This document shows, piece by piece, positions 28,678 to 37,759 of a stretch of 64,000 bases of DNA. How positions within the stretch are numbered: position 1 is the stretch's first letter; each line of letters begins with the position of its first letter. Position numbers and translations under genes: made by a program. Origin of the DNA: Flavobacteriaceae bacterium (GTDB lineage: Bacteria; Bacteroidota; Bacteroidia; Flavobacteriales; Flavobacteriaceae); the NCBI GenBank assembly GCA_947373225.1, contig CANBWX010000002.1, positions 4,970 to 68,969 of the forward strand. Direction: 5' to 3'. Below the pieces are notes generated by a model. That model made no database searches, was not told the origin of the DNA, and worked only from the letters and a program-made list of their open reading frames with translations.

Positions 28678-30576
28678 ATGAGCGACGCCATTAAACATGA
28701 ATGTGGGATTGCCCTTTTAAGATTAAAAAAACCGTTAGAATTCTACAAAGAAAAATACGGTACAGCTTTCTACGGAATACAAAAAATGTATCTCCTTATG
28801 GAAAAGCAACATAATCGTGGGCAAGATGGAGCTGGTTTTGCTAGCATCAAACTTGATGTGGAGCCGGGAGAACGATATATAAGTCGGGTGCGTTCGAACG
28901 AATCGCAACCTATCCAAGATGTTTTTGCTCAAATAAATGACAGGATAAATGAGGAATTGACATTGCATCCAGAATATTTGGATGATGTGGCTTTGCAAAA
29001 AAAGATGATTCCTTACATAGGCGAACTGTTTTTAGGACATGTCCGTTACGGAACTTTCGGTAAAAACAGCATCGAAAGTGTTCACCCTTTTCTACGTCAA
29101 AATAACTGGATGCATAGAAATCTTATTTTGGCAGGTAATTTCAATATGACTAATGTAAAAGAGCTTTTTCAAAACCTTGTTGATTTAGGACAGCATCCAA
29201 AAGAAATGACCGATACCGTTACGGTAATGGAAAAAATAGGTCATTTTCTTGACAATGCCGTAACCGATTTGTACCAAGAATGTAAAAATAATGGGTTGAC
29301 AAAAAGAGAAGCATCACCTATAATTGCCGAAAAATTAGACATTGCCAAAATATTAAATAGAGCTTCAAAAAACTTAGACGGAGGTTATGCCATGGCAGGA
29401 CTTCTAGGTCACGGAGATGCTTTTGTTTTTAGAGATCCAGCCGGAATTCGTCCTGCTTATTTTTATGAAGATGACGAAATTGTGGTTGTAGCATCAGAAC
29501 GACCAGTTATTCAAACGGTTTTTAATGTAGATTTCGATAAAGTTCAAGAACTTCAACCTGGAAAAGCATTAATTATTAAGAAAAACGGAACCGTAACCGA
29601 GCAAGAAATTCTTCCGGCAACCGTGAAAAAAGCGTGTTCTTTTGAAAGAATTTATTTCTCACGCGGAAGCGATGCCGAAATATATCAAGAACGTAAAAAC
29701 CTGGGAAAATTAATTCTTCCTGCAGTTTTAGACGCTATTGACAATGATACCGATAATACCGTTTTTTCTTATATTCCAAATACTGCCGAAACATCATTTT
29801 ATGGTTTGGTCGAAGCAGCACAGGATTTTTTGAATCAAAGAAAAAACAATTACATTCTCGAAAACAGAAAAAAATTAACGAAAGAGAAACTCGAAGAAAT
29901 CCTTTCGGTAAAAATCAGAACCGAGAAAGTAGCGATCAAAGATGCAAAATTGCGTACTTTCATCACCGAAGATAGTAGCAGAAATGATTTGGTTGCTCAC
30001 GTTTATGATGTTACTTATGGTGTAATAAAACCAACCGATAATTTGGTAATTATTGATGATAGCATTGTGCGCGGAACAACACTCAAAATGAGCATCATCA
30101 AAATGATGGATCGTTTGAAACCCAAACGTATTGTTGTTGTTTCATCAGCACCACAAATTCGTTATCCGGATTGTTACGGAATCGATATGGCAAAACTGGA
30201 AGGTTTGGTAGCTTTTCAGGCAGCTTTAGAATTGCTAAAAGAAAGAAATCTGTATCATATTGTTGATGAAGTTTATGTGAAATGCAAAGAACAGGAAAAT
30301 CTAAAAGACCATGAAGTCGTAAATTTCGTTACCGAAATTTATGCGCCATTTCAACCACAGGAAATTTCAGATAAGATTTCAGAGCTTTTGAGCTCGCCAG
30401 AAATAAATGCCGAAGTAAAAATTATTTTCCAAACTGTTGAAGATTTACACATCGCTTGTCCGAAGAATTTAGGTGATTGGTATTTCACTGGAGATTATCC
30501 AACTCCTGGCGGAAATCGTGTTGTAAATAAGGCGTTCATGAATTTTTATGAAGGCAAAAATGCAAGGGCTTATTAG
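28678..30576 (+). CDS. purF: Amidophosphoribosyltransferase
   Basis: HECG N-terminus, HNRGQDGAG, GHVRY, CSFERIYF, IDDSIVRGTT, YGIDM. Confidence 0.95.
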   Translation: MSDAIKHECGIALLRLKKPLEFYKEKYGTAFYGIQKMYLLMEKQHNRGQDGAGFASIKLDVEPGERYISRVRSNESQPIQDVFAQINDRINEELTLHPEYLDDVALQKKMIPYIGELFLGHVRYGTFGKNSIESVHPFLRQNNWMHRNLILAGNFNMTNVKELFQNLVDLGQHPKEMTDTVTVMEKIGHFLDNAVTDLYQECKNNGLTKREASPIIAEKLDIAKILNRASKNLDGGYAMAGLLGHGDAFVFRDPAGIRPAYFYEDDEIVVVASERPVIQTVFNVDFDKVQELQPGKALIIKKNGTVTEQEILPATVKKACSFERIYFSRGSDAEIYQERKNLGKLILPAVLDAIDNDTDNTVFSYIPNTAETSFYGLVEAAQDFLNQRKNNYILENRKKLTKEKLEEILSVKIRTEKVAIKDAKLRTFITEDSSRNDLVAHVYDVTYGVIKPTDNLVIIDDSIVRGTTLKMSIIKMMDRLKPKRIVVVSSAPQIRYPDCYGIDMAKLEGLVAFQAALELLKERNLYHIVDEVYVKCKEQENLKDHEVVNFVTEIYAPFQPQEISDKISELLSSPEINAEVKIIFQTVEDLHIACPKNLGDWYFTGDYPTPGGNRVVNKAFMNFYEGKNARAY

Positions 30577-30664
30577 AAAAAATAACATTTGAGTATTTCA
30601 TCGAATATTGAGGTATTTCATCTGTTTTATTTTTAAAAAGAAAATTACACACATATCTTTATAT

Positions 30665-30737
30665 TACCATAATATTAGTAGGTTAAGTTTATGGTAGATT
30701 TGGGGCAAAAAAGGTGAAAGCAATTTCACCTTTTTTA
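30665..30737 (+). ncRNA. Candidate sRNA or structured purF 3' region
   Basis: Hairpin TACCATAA...TTATGGTA followed by terminator AAAAAAGGTGAAA-GCAA-TTTCACCTTTTTT. Confidence 0.3.
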
Positions 30738-30777
30738 TTGGAATAAAGTCAAGGAAATTAGTCAAAAGTGAAATAGC

Positions 30778-30830
30778 AAAGAGGCAAGAGAAAAGACTTA
30801 ATAAAGTCTTTCTTCTTGCCTCTTATTTTT
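30778..30830 (-). terminator. Long hairpin downstream of sod
   Basis: AAGAGGCAAGA...AAGACT-loop-AGTCTT...TCTTGCCTCTT. Confidence 0.65.
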
Positions 30831-30867
30831 TTGCAAATCTTTAGTTCTTGGCTGATACCTATATTTT

Positions 30868-31473
30868 TTATTTTGCTAAAGCATATCTTCTAGCCACTTC
30901 ATCCCAGTTAATTACATTAAAAAAAGCTTCAATATAATCAGGTCTTCTGTTTTGATAATTCAAATAATAAGCGTGTTCCCAAACATCCATTCCTAAAATT
31001 GGAGTTCCGCCACAACCTATTCCGGGCATTAAAGTATTGTCTTGATTTGGAGTTCCACAAACTTCTAATTTTCCGTCTTTTACACATAACCAAGCCCATC
31101 CTGAACCAAATTGTGTAGCTCCAGCTTTAGCGAAAGCAGCTTTAAACGCATCAAAAGAACCAAAAGCACTTTCGATTGCAGCCAATAATTCTCCTGTTGG
31201 AAGTCCACCACCGTTTGGAGACATTACTGTCCAAAACAAACTGTGATTAAAATGTCCACCGCCATTGTTACGAACGGCCATGTTTTTCATATCCAAATTT
31301 TTTAAAATATCTTCGATGCTTTTTCCTTCTAAATCCGTTCCTGCAATAGCAGCGTTAACGTTTGTGATATAAGCATTATGATGTTTACTATGATGAATTT
31401 CCATCGTTCGCGCATCAATGTGTGGTTCTAATGCGTCATACGCATAAGGTAATTGTGGTAATTCAAAAGCCAT
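30868..31473 (-). CDS. sodA: Fe/Mn superoxide dismutase
   Basis: [10 protein letters not shown] start (31473), [28 protein letters not shown]; metal specificity not certain. Confidence 0.93.
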   Translation of the reverse strand: MAFELPQLPYAYDALEPHIDARTMEIHHSKHHNAYITNVNAAIAGTDLEGKSIEDILKNLDMKNMAVRNNGGGHFNHSLFWTVMSPNGGGLPTGELLAAIESAFGSFDAFKAAFAKAGATQFGSGWAWLCVKDGKLEVCGTPNQDNTLMPGIGCGGTPILGMDVWEHAYYLNYQNRRPDYIEAFFNVINWDEVARRYALAK

Positions 31474-31587
31474 AATATTGTTGTTTAAGTGATTTATAAA
31501 TATTTTATTCAAAATTAAACATTTAACTTTGGAATTGGTAATTCTATTTCGTTATAGTTTTATTAAATAAATTGATAGTGTGATTTT

Positions 31588-31708
31588 CAGGAGCTTTTTC
31601 CAGCTATTCGTTGCAAACAAAGTTCACAGAACTCCGATAAAAATAAAAGTTTAGTGAAGTAATCTCCCGAAAAAAAATCGGGAGGATTTCCACTCCTATC
31701 TGGGCTAA
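31588..31708 (+). ncRNA. Dispersed structured element, copy 2 (Flavo-1-like)
   Basis: CAGGAGCTTTTTCCAGCTATTC...ATCTCCCGA-A7-TCGGGAGGATTTCC...CTATCTGGGCTA. Confidence 0.6.
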
Positions 31709-31736
31709 GGCATTGCAGAATTAGGAAGCTTTTTGC

Positions 31737-31778
31737 AAATCAGAAATCAGAAATCTAAAATCGTTAATCTAAAATTGA
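31737..31778. repeat. Heptamer array abutting the helicase ATG
   Basis: AAATCAG AAATCAG AAATCTA AAATCGT TAATCTA AAATTGA, then ATG. Confidence 0.8.
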
Positions 31779-34700
31779 ATGCAAAGACCATCATTTTCCA
31801 TATACGACGCATCAGCAGGTTCCGGAAAAACCTATGCGCTTGTCAAAGAATACCTAAAAATCATTCTTGTAGCCAAGAAAAATGATGCTTATCGCAATAT
31901 TCTCGCCATCACGTTTACCAACAAAGCGGTTCACGAAATGAAATCTAGAATTGTGGGCAGTTTATCCGAGTTTGCCAAAGACAATCCAAGCGAAAAAGCA
32001 CAGGATTTAATGCGACATTTGGTGATTGAAACTGAGCTTTCCATCTCACAAATCAAAACCAAATCGCAGCAAATCATTAAGCATATTATTCATAATTATG
32101 CGGCTTTTGATATTTCGACCATCGACAAATTTACCCACAAAGTAATTCGGGCTTTTGCACACGATTTAGGACTGCCCATGACTTTCGAGGTAACATTAGA
32201 CACCGAAAATTTACTCATTGAAGCCGTAGATGCCATCATTGCGCAAGCTGGCGAAGACGAAACTTTGACCAAATTGCTCATCGATTTCACAATGGAAAAA
32301 ACCGATGACGACAAGTCTTGGGACATTTCACGCGAAATTCTCGAAACAGGACGTTTGGTCCTCAATGAAAACAACCGAAATGAAATCACCCATTTTCAAG
32401 ATAAATCCATCACCGAATTTGTCGAAATAAAAAACAAACTTGCCGAAGCTTGCAAAGTTTTGGAAAAAGAAAATGCAGCATTCGCCGAAAGGGCTTTGCT
32501 TTTAATAGAGAAAAACGGAATAGATTTGAAATCATTTTCAAGGGGAACTTTTCCCAATCATCTTCAAAGTATAGCGGATGGAAAATTCAATCCCAAAAAT
32601 AAAATGTTCCGTGAATTTGAGGACATTTCTATCAATAAAACCGCCAAGGACGGCGCTTTAATAGAAAATATTATTCCAGAATTATTGCAAATTCTCGACA
32701 CTATTTATAAGAATTTCGAAAAGCGAGATTTCTACAAAGCATTCCTGAAAAATATCACGCCATTATCATTGTTGAATACGGTCAGTAATGAATTGGCAAA
32801 AATTCAAAGCGAACAAAATGTGCTTTCCATTTCGGAGTTCAATGCCATAATTCATCGAGAAATTCAAAACCAACCAGCGCCATTTATTTACGAAAGATTG
32901 GGCGAACGCTATCGTCATTTTTTTATTGATGAATTTCAGGATACTTCCGAAATGCAATGGCAAAACCTGATTCCGCTTATTGATAATGCAACTTCAAGTG
33001 AAATAGACGGAGAAAAAGGAACTTTGATGATTGTGGGCGATCCTAAACAGTCTATTTATCGTTGGCGTGGTGGCAAAGCCGAACAGTTTATTGAGTTGAG
33101 CAAAGACCGAAATCCGTTCAATAATCCTGATAAAGTTTTAGAACATTTAGACAAAAACTATCGCAGTTATTCGCAAATAATCGATTTTAACAACGCCTTT
33201 TTTCAATTATTGTCCAACGAATTTGCACACGAAGATTATAAGGATTTGTATGCGAATCACAGTCATCAAAAGAGTAATGACAAAACGGGTGGTTACGTGA
33301 ATATTTCGTTTATTCCAAAAATCGAAGAAATTGAAGATGACGACGACGAAGCTTTGGATAAAACGGAATTGTATTTATTGGCGACTTTAAACACCATTAA
33401 AAAAGTACAAAAACAAGGTTTCGAATACAAAGATATTGTGATTTTGACCCGAAAACGCAGCCACGGAATTGCAGTTGCTAATTATTTGACAGAACAAGGA
33501 ATTCCGCTTTTATCTTCGGAAACTTTGATGATTCAAAATGCTACCGAAGTTCGATTTGTTATTCATTTATTAAAGTATTTAAAAAATTGTGCTGACTTAG
33601 AAGCAAAAGCTCATTTTCTTCATTATGTTGCCGAAAATATTCAGGATAAATTGCCTATTCACGATTTTATTGCCAATGGAATGCAAGAAAAAAAGGAATC
33701 CGACTTTGAAAATTGGTTAACAAGTTTTGATATTTCACTTTCGTTTCAAGACATTCGAAAAAAGTCATTGTATGAAGCTGTTGAAACCATAATTTCAAAG
33801 TTTTTGAATCCAAAGAGCAGTAACTCTTACGTTCAATATTTTCTTGATATTGTTCTAGAACGTGACGTAAGAAACCAAGCAGGAATTTCAGATTTTTTGA
33901 ATTATTGGGACAAAAACGCGGAGAAATTCAGTATTCCGTCTCCCGAAGGTAAAAATGCGGTTCGGATTATGACCATTCACAAGTCGAAAGGATTGGAATT
34001 TCCGGTTGTTATTATGCCTTTTGCCGAAGAAGATTACAGTCGAAGTCCCAAAAATAAATTGTGGATTGATGCTGAAGTGGACGATTTTGGCTTGCCCAAA
34101 GTTTTGGTTGATAATAGCAAAGCTGTGGAAGATTTTGGAGAAGCGGCAAAAACAGTTTATGTTCAGAAATCACAAGAAGAATTATTGGATAATATCAATG
34201 TTTTGTACGTGGCTTTAACAAGGGCTGAAGAACAATTACATATAATTTCACAAGCTGTAAAACCTAGAAAAGACGGTGAATATCCAGAGAATATGGCTTC
34301 TTTCTTCATTAAATATTTAATTAATAATGGAGAATTTAACGAAGATAAACTGGAATATGAATATGGAAATCCAACGAAATTATCTCCTGAAACGGATAAA
34401 ACGGATGATGTAAAAACAATTTCGGCAGTTAAAGAAGTTCTTAATCCAAAAAACATAAAAATCGCTCAGCGGGAATCGTTAATGTGGGGAACACATCAGC
34501 AAGAAGCCATAGAGTACGGAAATGTAGTTCATGAGATTTTGTCTTTTATAAAAATTAAAACCGACGTGGATTTAGCAATTATAAAAGCTATTGAAAGCGG
34601 ATTAATTACAGTTAATCAAAAAGAAGTCGTTTGCAAAACTATCCTAGAAATTGTCAATCATGAGGAACTTTCAAGCTATTTTGCCGAAGGAAATGAAGTA

Positions 34701-34931
34701 TTGAATGAGCAAACTATTATTCAAAAACAAGGGAGAACCATTAAACCAGACCGAATGGTTTTAACCAATAATAAGGAAGTTTTTTTATTGGATTATAAAA
34801 CAGGAACACATAATTCTAAATATCAATTACAATTAGAAAATTATCAAAATGCGATTGAACTGATGGGATACAAAGTGGTAAAAAAAGCACTTATATATAT
34901 AGGAGAGAAAATCAATGTTGTTAATTTTTAA
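31779..34931 (+). CDS. UvrD/AddA-like helicase with C-terminal PD-(D/E)XK nuclease
   Basis: ASAGSGKT, ITFTNKA, IDEFQD, VGDPKQSIY, NYRS, TIHKSKGLEF, YVALTRA, KPDRM...LDYKTG. Confidence 0.93.
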   Translation: MQRPSFSIYDASAGSGKTYALVKEYLKIILVAKKNDAYRNILAITFTNKAVHEMKSRIVGSLSEFAKDNPSEKAQDLMRHLVIETELSISQIKTKSQQIIKHIIHNYAAFDISTIDKFTHKVIRAFAHDLGLPMTFEVTLDTENLLIEAVDAIIAQAGEDETLTKLLIDFTMEKTDDDKSWDISREILETGRLVLNENNRNEITHFQDKSITEFVEIKNKLAEACKVLEKENAAFAERALLLIEKNGIDLKSFSRGTFPNHLQSIADGKFNPKNKMFREFEDISINKTAKDGALIENIIPELLQILDTIYKNFEKRDFYKAFLKNITPLSLLNTVSNELAKIQSEQNVLSISEFNAIIHREIQNQPAPFIYERLGERYRHFFIDEFQDTSEMQWQNLIPLIDNATSSEIDGEKGTLMIVGDPKQSIYRWRGGKAEQFIELSKDRNPFNNPDKVLEHLDKNYRSYSQIIDFNNAFFQLLSNEFAHEDYKDLYANHSHQKSNDKTGGYVNISFIPKIEEIEDDDDEALDKTELYLLATLNTIKKVQKQGFEYKDIVILTRKRSHGIAVANYLTEQGIPLLSSETLMIQNATEVRFVIHLLKYLKNCADLEAKAHFLHYVAENIQDKLPIHDFIANGMQEKKESDFENWLTSFDISLSFQDIRKKSLYEAVETIISKFLNPKSSNSYVQYFLDIVLERDVRNQAGISDFLNYWDKNAEKFSIPSPEGKNAVRIMTIHKSKGLEFPVVIMPFAEEDYSRSPKNKLWIDAEVDDFGLPKVLVDNSKAVEDFGEAAKTVYVQKSQEELLDNINVLYVALTRAEEQLHIISQAVKPRKDGEYPENMASFFIKYLINNGEFNEDKLEYEYGNPTKLSPETDKTDDVKTISAVKEVLNPKNIKIAQRESLMWGTHQQEAIEYGNVVHEILSFIKIKTDVDLAIIKAIESGLITVNQKEVVCKTILEIVNHEELSSYFAEGNEVLNEQTIIQKQGRTIKPDRMVLTNNKEVFLLDYKTGTHNSKYQLQLENYQNAIELMGYKVVKKALIYIGEKINVVNF

Positions 34932-34971
34932 AACGCATTCAGTATTTCTATTAAAATCTAAATAACAAAAC

Positions 34972-36165
34972 ATGTACGGAAAAATAAAAGAATACTTGCA
35001 AGAAGAGCTTCAAACTATTGAAGATAATGGTATTTTCAAAAAAGAGAGAATCATAACTTCTGCACAAGGAGTAGAAATCACGCTTTCTACAGGAGAGACA
35101 GTTTTGAATTTTTGTGCCAATAATTATCTCGGACTTTCCTCACATCCCGATGTAATTCAAGCGGCTAAAGATGCTATGGATACGCATGGTTTTGGAATGT
35201 CGTCTGTTCGGTTTATTTGTGGAACGCAGGATATTCATAAAACATTAGAAAAAAAGATTTCAGATTTTTATGGAACTGAAGATACGATTCTCTATGCTGC
35301 AGCTTTTGATGCCAATGGTGGTGTTTTTGAACCTTTATTAAACGAAAACGATACGATAATTTCAGATAGTCTAAATCATGCTTCCATTATTGACGGTGTT
35401 CGTTTGTGTAAAGCGGCACGTTATCGCTATGAAAACAGCAATATGGAAGATTTGGAACAACAATTAATTAAGGCCAACGAAGTTGGTTCTCGTTTTAAAT
35501 TAATTGTTACCGATGGCGTTTTTTCTATGGATGGAGTTGTCGCTTCATTGGATAAAATCTGTGATCTTGCTGATAAATATGATGCAATGGTTATGGTTGA
35601 CGAATGCCATGCGGCTGGATTTATAGGAGCAACTGGAAAAGGAACGCTTGAAGCTAAAGGTGTAATGGGGCGAGTTGATATAATCACGGGAACATTAGGA
35701 AAAGCACTTGGCGGCGCAATGGGAGGTTATACAACTGCTAAAAAAGAAATCATTGAAGTGTTACGTCAACGTTCCAGACCTTATTTATTTTCAAATTCTT
35801 TGGCACCAGCCATTGTTGGCGCTTCTATAAAGGTGTTTGAATTGTTAGAAAAAGATACTTCATTAAGAGATAAACTAGAATGGAATACGAATTATTTCAA
35901 GTCTGGAATGAAAAAAGCAGGTTTTGACATCATAAATGGTGATTCTGCAATTGTCCCAGTGATGCTTTATGATGCAAAATTGGCACAAGACATGGCTAAT
36001 AACTTGTTAAAAAAAGGGATTTATGTTATTGGTTTCTTTTTTCCGGTGGTTCCAAAAGGTAAAGCAAGAATTAGGATACAGCTCTCTGCTGCCCATTCAA
36101 AAGGGCATTTAGACAGGGCTTTGGCTGCTTTTGTTGAGGTTGGAAATGAATTAAAAGTTATTTAG
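34972..36165 (+). CDS. kbl: Glycine C-acetyltransferase (2-amino-3-ketobutyrate CoA ligase)
   Basis: [46 protein letters not shown]. Confidence 0.96.
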   Translation: MYGKIKEYLQEELQTIEDNGIFKKERIITSAQGVEITLSTGETVLNFCANNYLGLSSHPDVIQAAKDAMDTHGFGMSSVRFICGTQDIHKTLEKKISDFYGTEDTILYAAAFDANGGVFEPLLNENDTIISDSLNHASIIDGVRLCKAARYRYENSNMEDLEQQLIKANEVGSRFKLIVTDGVFSMDGVVASLDKICDLADKYDAMVMVDECHAAGFIGATGKGTLEAKGVMGRVDIITGTLGKALGGAMGGYTTAKKEIIEVLRQRSRPYLFSNSLAPAIVGASIKVFELLEKDTSLRDKLEWNTNYFKSGMKKAGFDIINGDSAIVPVMLYDAKLAQDMANNLLKKGIYVIGFFFPVVPKGKARIRIQLSAAHSKGHLDRALAAFVEVGNELKVI

Positions 36166-36265
36166 AATCAATTTTTTTATGTGTTTTTTCAATGTTTTAT
36201 TTTGTAGTTAAATAATTACGTATTACTTTTGTACCATTAAAAATACTAATCTAACAAAATCAAGT

Positions 36266-37696
36266 ATGAAACATTTACAAAAATTTTTAGTTGCCGTGAT
36301 GATGGTGATGGCTATAAGCTCTCATGCACAAGACAGCAATAATCCATGGGCAATTTCCTTTGGAGTTAACGCAGTTGATACAAAAACCAGTGCTGGTGGA
36401 GGTCATAACTTTTTAGATCGTCATTTTTCTCAAGCATTTGCTGTGAATGATAACTGGAACATTCTTCCTTCGGTTTCTTACATTGGAGTATCTAAATATG
36501 TAGGAGATAATTTCTCTTTTGGACTTCAAGGGTCTATAAACAAAATAGGAAAATATGTTAATTTTGCTCCAACAGCTGTTGGTCATGATTCTCGTGGATA
36601 TGTAGTTACTAATCCAGGTGATTTAATGTATTATGGTATTGATGCTACTGTAAAATACAGTTTTATGAGCTTAATTAAATCTAAAGTAATTGATCCTTCT
36701 GTACATCTTGGAGGAGGTTATACTTTCTTTGGTACTACTAGCTACGGAACTATAAATCCAGGTGCTGGATTAACTTTTTGGTTTTCTGAAAACATTGGTC
36801 TTTCTCTTGAAACATCTTACAAAAAATCATTTGGGGATAGAAATGGTGCTGGTTTAGCTCCAAATGCTCCATCTTATTTTCAACATACTGCTGGTCTTAC
36901 TTTCAAATTTGGAGGTAAAGATACTGACGGAGACGGAATCTATGATAAAGATGATGCTTGTCCTACTGTTGCAGGTTTAAAACAATTCAAAGGTTGTCCA
37001 GATACTGACGGAGATGGTATTATTGACTCACTTGACGCTTGTCCAAATGATTTTGGTTTAGCTGCATTAAACGGTTGTCCTGATAAAGACGGAGACGGAA
37101 TTGCTGATAAAGATGATGCTTGTCCAGATGTTGCTGGTTTAGCTGCTTTTAAAGGTTGTCCTGATACTGATGGAGATGGTGTAACTGATGCTTCTGACAA
37201 ATGTCCTACAGTTAAAGGACCTAAAGAAAATGCTGGTTGTCCTTGGCCTGATACTGATGGAGATGGTGTTTTAGACAAAGATGATAAATGTCCAGATGTG
37301 AAAGGTACTGTTGCAAACAATGGTTGTCCTGAAGTGTCTAGTGATGTAATGTCAAAATTAAACCAATATGCAAAAACAATTTTGTTTGATACTGCAAAAT
37401 CAACTTTCCAAAAACAAACATTACCTGTTTTGCAATCTATTACTTCAATCTTAAAAGAATATCCTTCTGCTAAGTTTAGTGTTGAAGGTCATACAGATAG
37501 TGATGGTTCTGATAAATTTAACCAAAAATTATCTGAAGATAGAGCTGGTGCAGTAGTTAATTACCTAGTTACTAATGGTATTGATTCAAGCAGATTATCT
37601 TCTGTTGGTTATGGTGAATCTAAACCAATTGCTTCTAACAAAACTAAAGCTGGTAAAGCTGAAAACAGAAGAGTAGAAGTTAAATTAGTAAAATAA
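36266..37696 (+). CDS. OmpA family protein: beta-barrel, five thrombospondin type 3 repeats, peptidoglycan-binding domain
   Basis: Five DxDGDG-x-D-xxDxCP repeats; [22 protein letters not shown]. Confidence 0.95.
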   Translation: MKHLQKFLVAVMMVMAISSHAQDSNNPWAISFGVNAVDTKTSAGGGHNFLDRHFSQAFAVNDNWNILPSVSYIGVSKYVGDNFSFGLQGSINKIGKYVNFAPTAVGHDSRGYVVTNPGDLMYYGIDATVKYSFMSLIKSKVIDPSVHLGGGYTFFGTTSYGTINPGAGLTFWFSENIGLSLETSYKKSFGDRNGAGLAPNAPSYFQHTAGLTFKFGGKDTDGDGIYDKDDACPTVAGLKQFKGCPDTDGDGIIDSLDACPNDFGLAALNGCPDKDGDGIADKDDACPDVAGLAAFKGCPDTDGDGVTDASDKCPTVKGPKENAGCPWPDTDGDGVLDKDDKCPDVKGTVANNGCPEVSSDVMSKLNQYAKTILFDTAKSTFQKQTLPVLQSITSILKEYPSAKFSVEGHTDSDGSDKFNQKLSEDRAGAVVNYLVTNGIDSSRLSSVGYGESKPIASNKTKAGKAENRRVEVKLVK

Positions 37697-37717
37697 TTTC
37701 TCTCTAAAATATTTTTT

Positions 37718-37748
37718 AAAACGCCCCGATTTATCGGGGCGTTTTTTT
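37718..37748 (+). terminator. Intrinsic terminator after the OmpA gene
   Basis: AAAACGCCCCGAT-TT-ATCGGGGCGTTTT. Confidence 0.9.
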
Positions 37749-37759
37749 ATATTTATAAA

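Noticed and set aside
36910-37330. Repeated GATACTGA(C/T)GGAGA units resembling a CRISPR or tandem array, and the 126-aa antisense ORF
   Set aside because: They are the coding thrombospondin type 3 repeats of the OmpA protein; the spacers are in frame and homologous.
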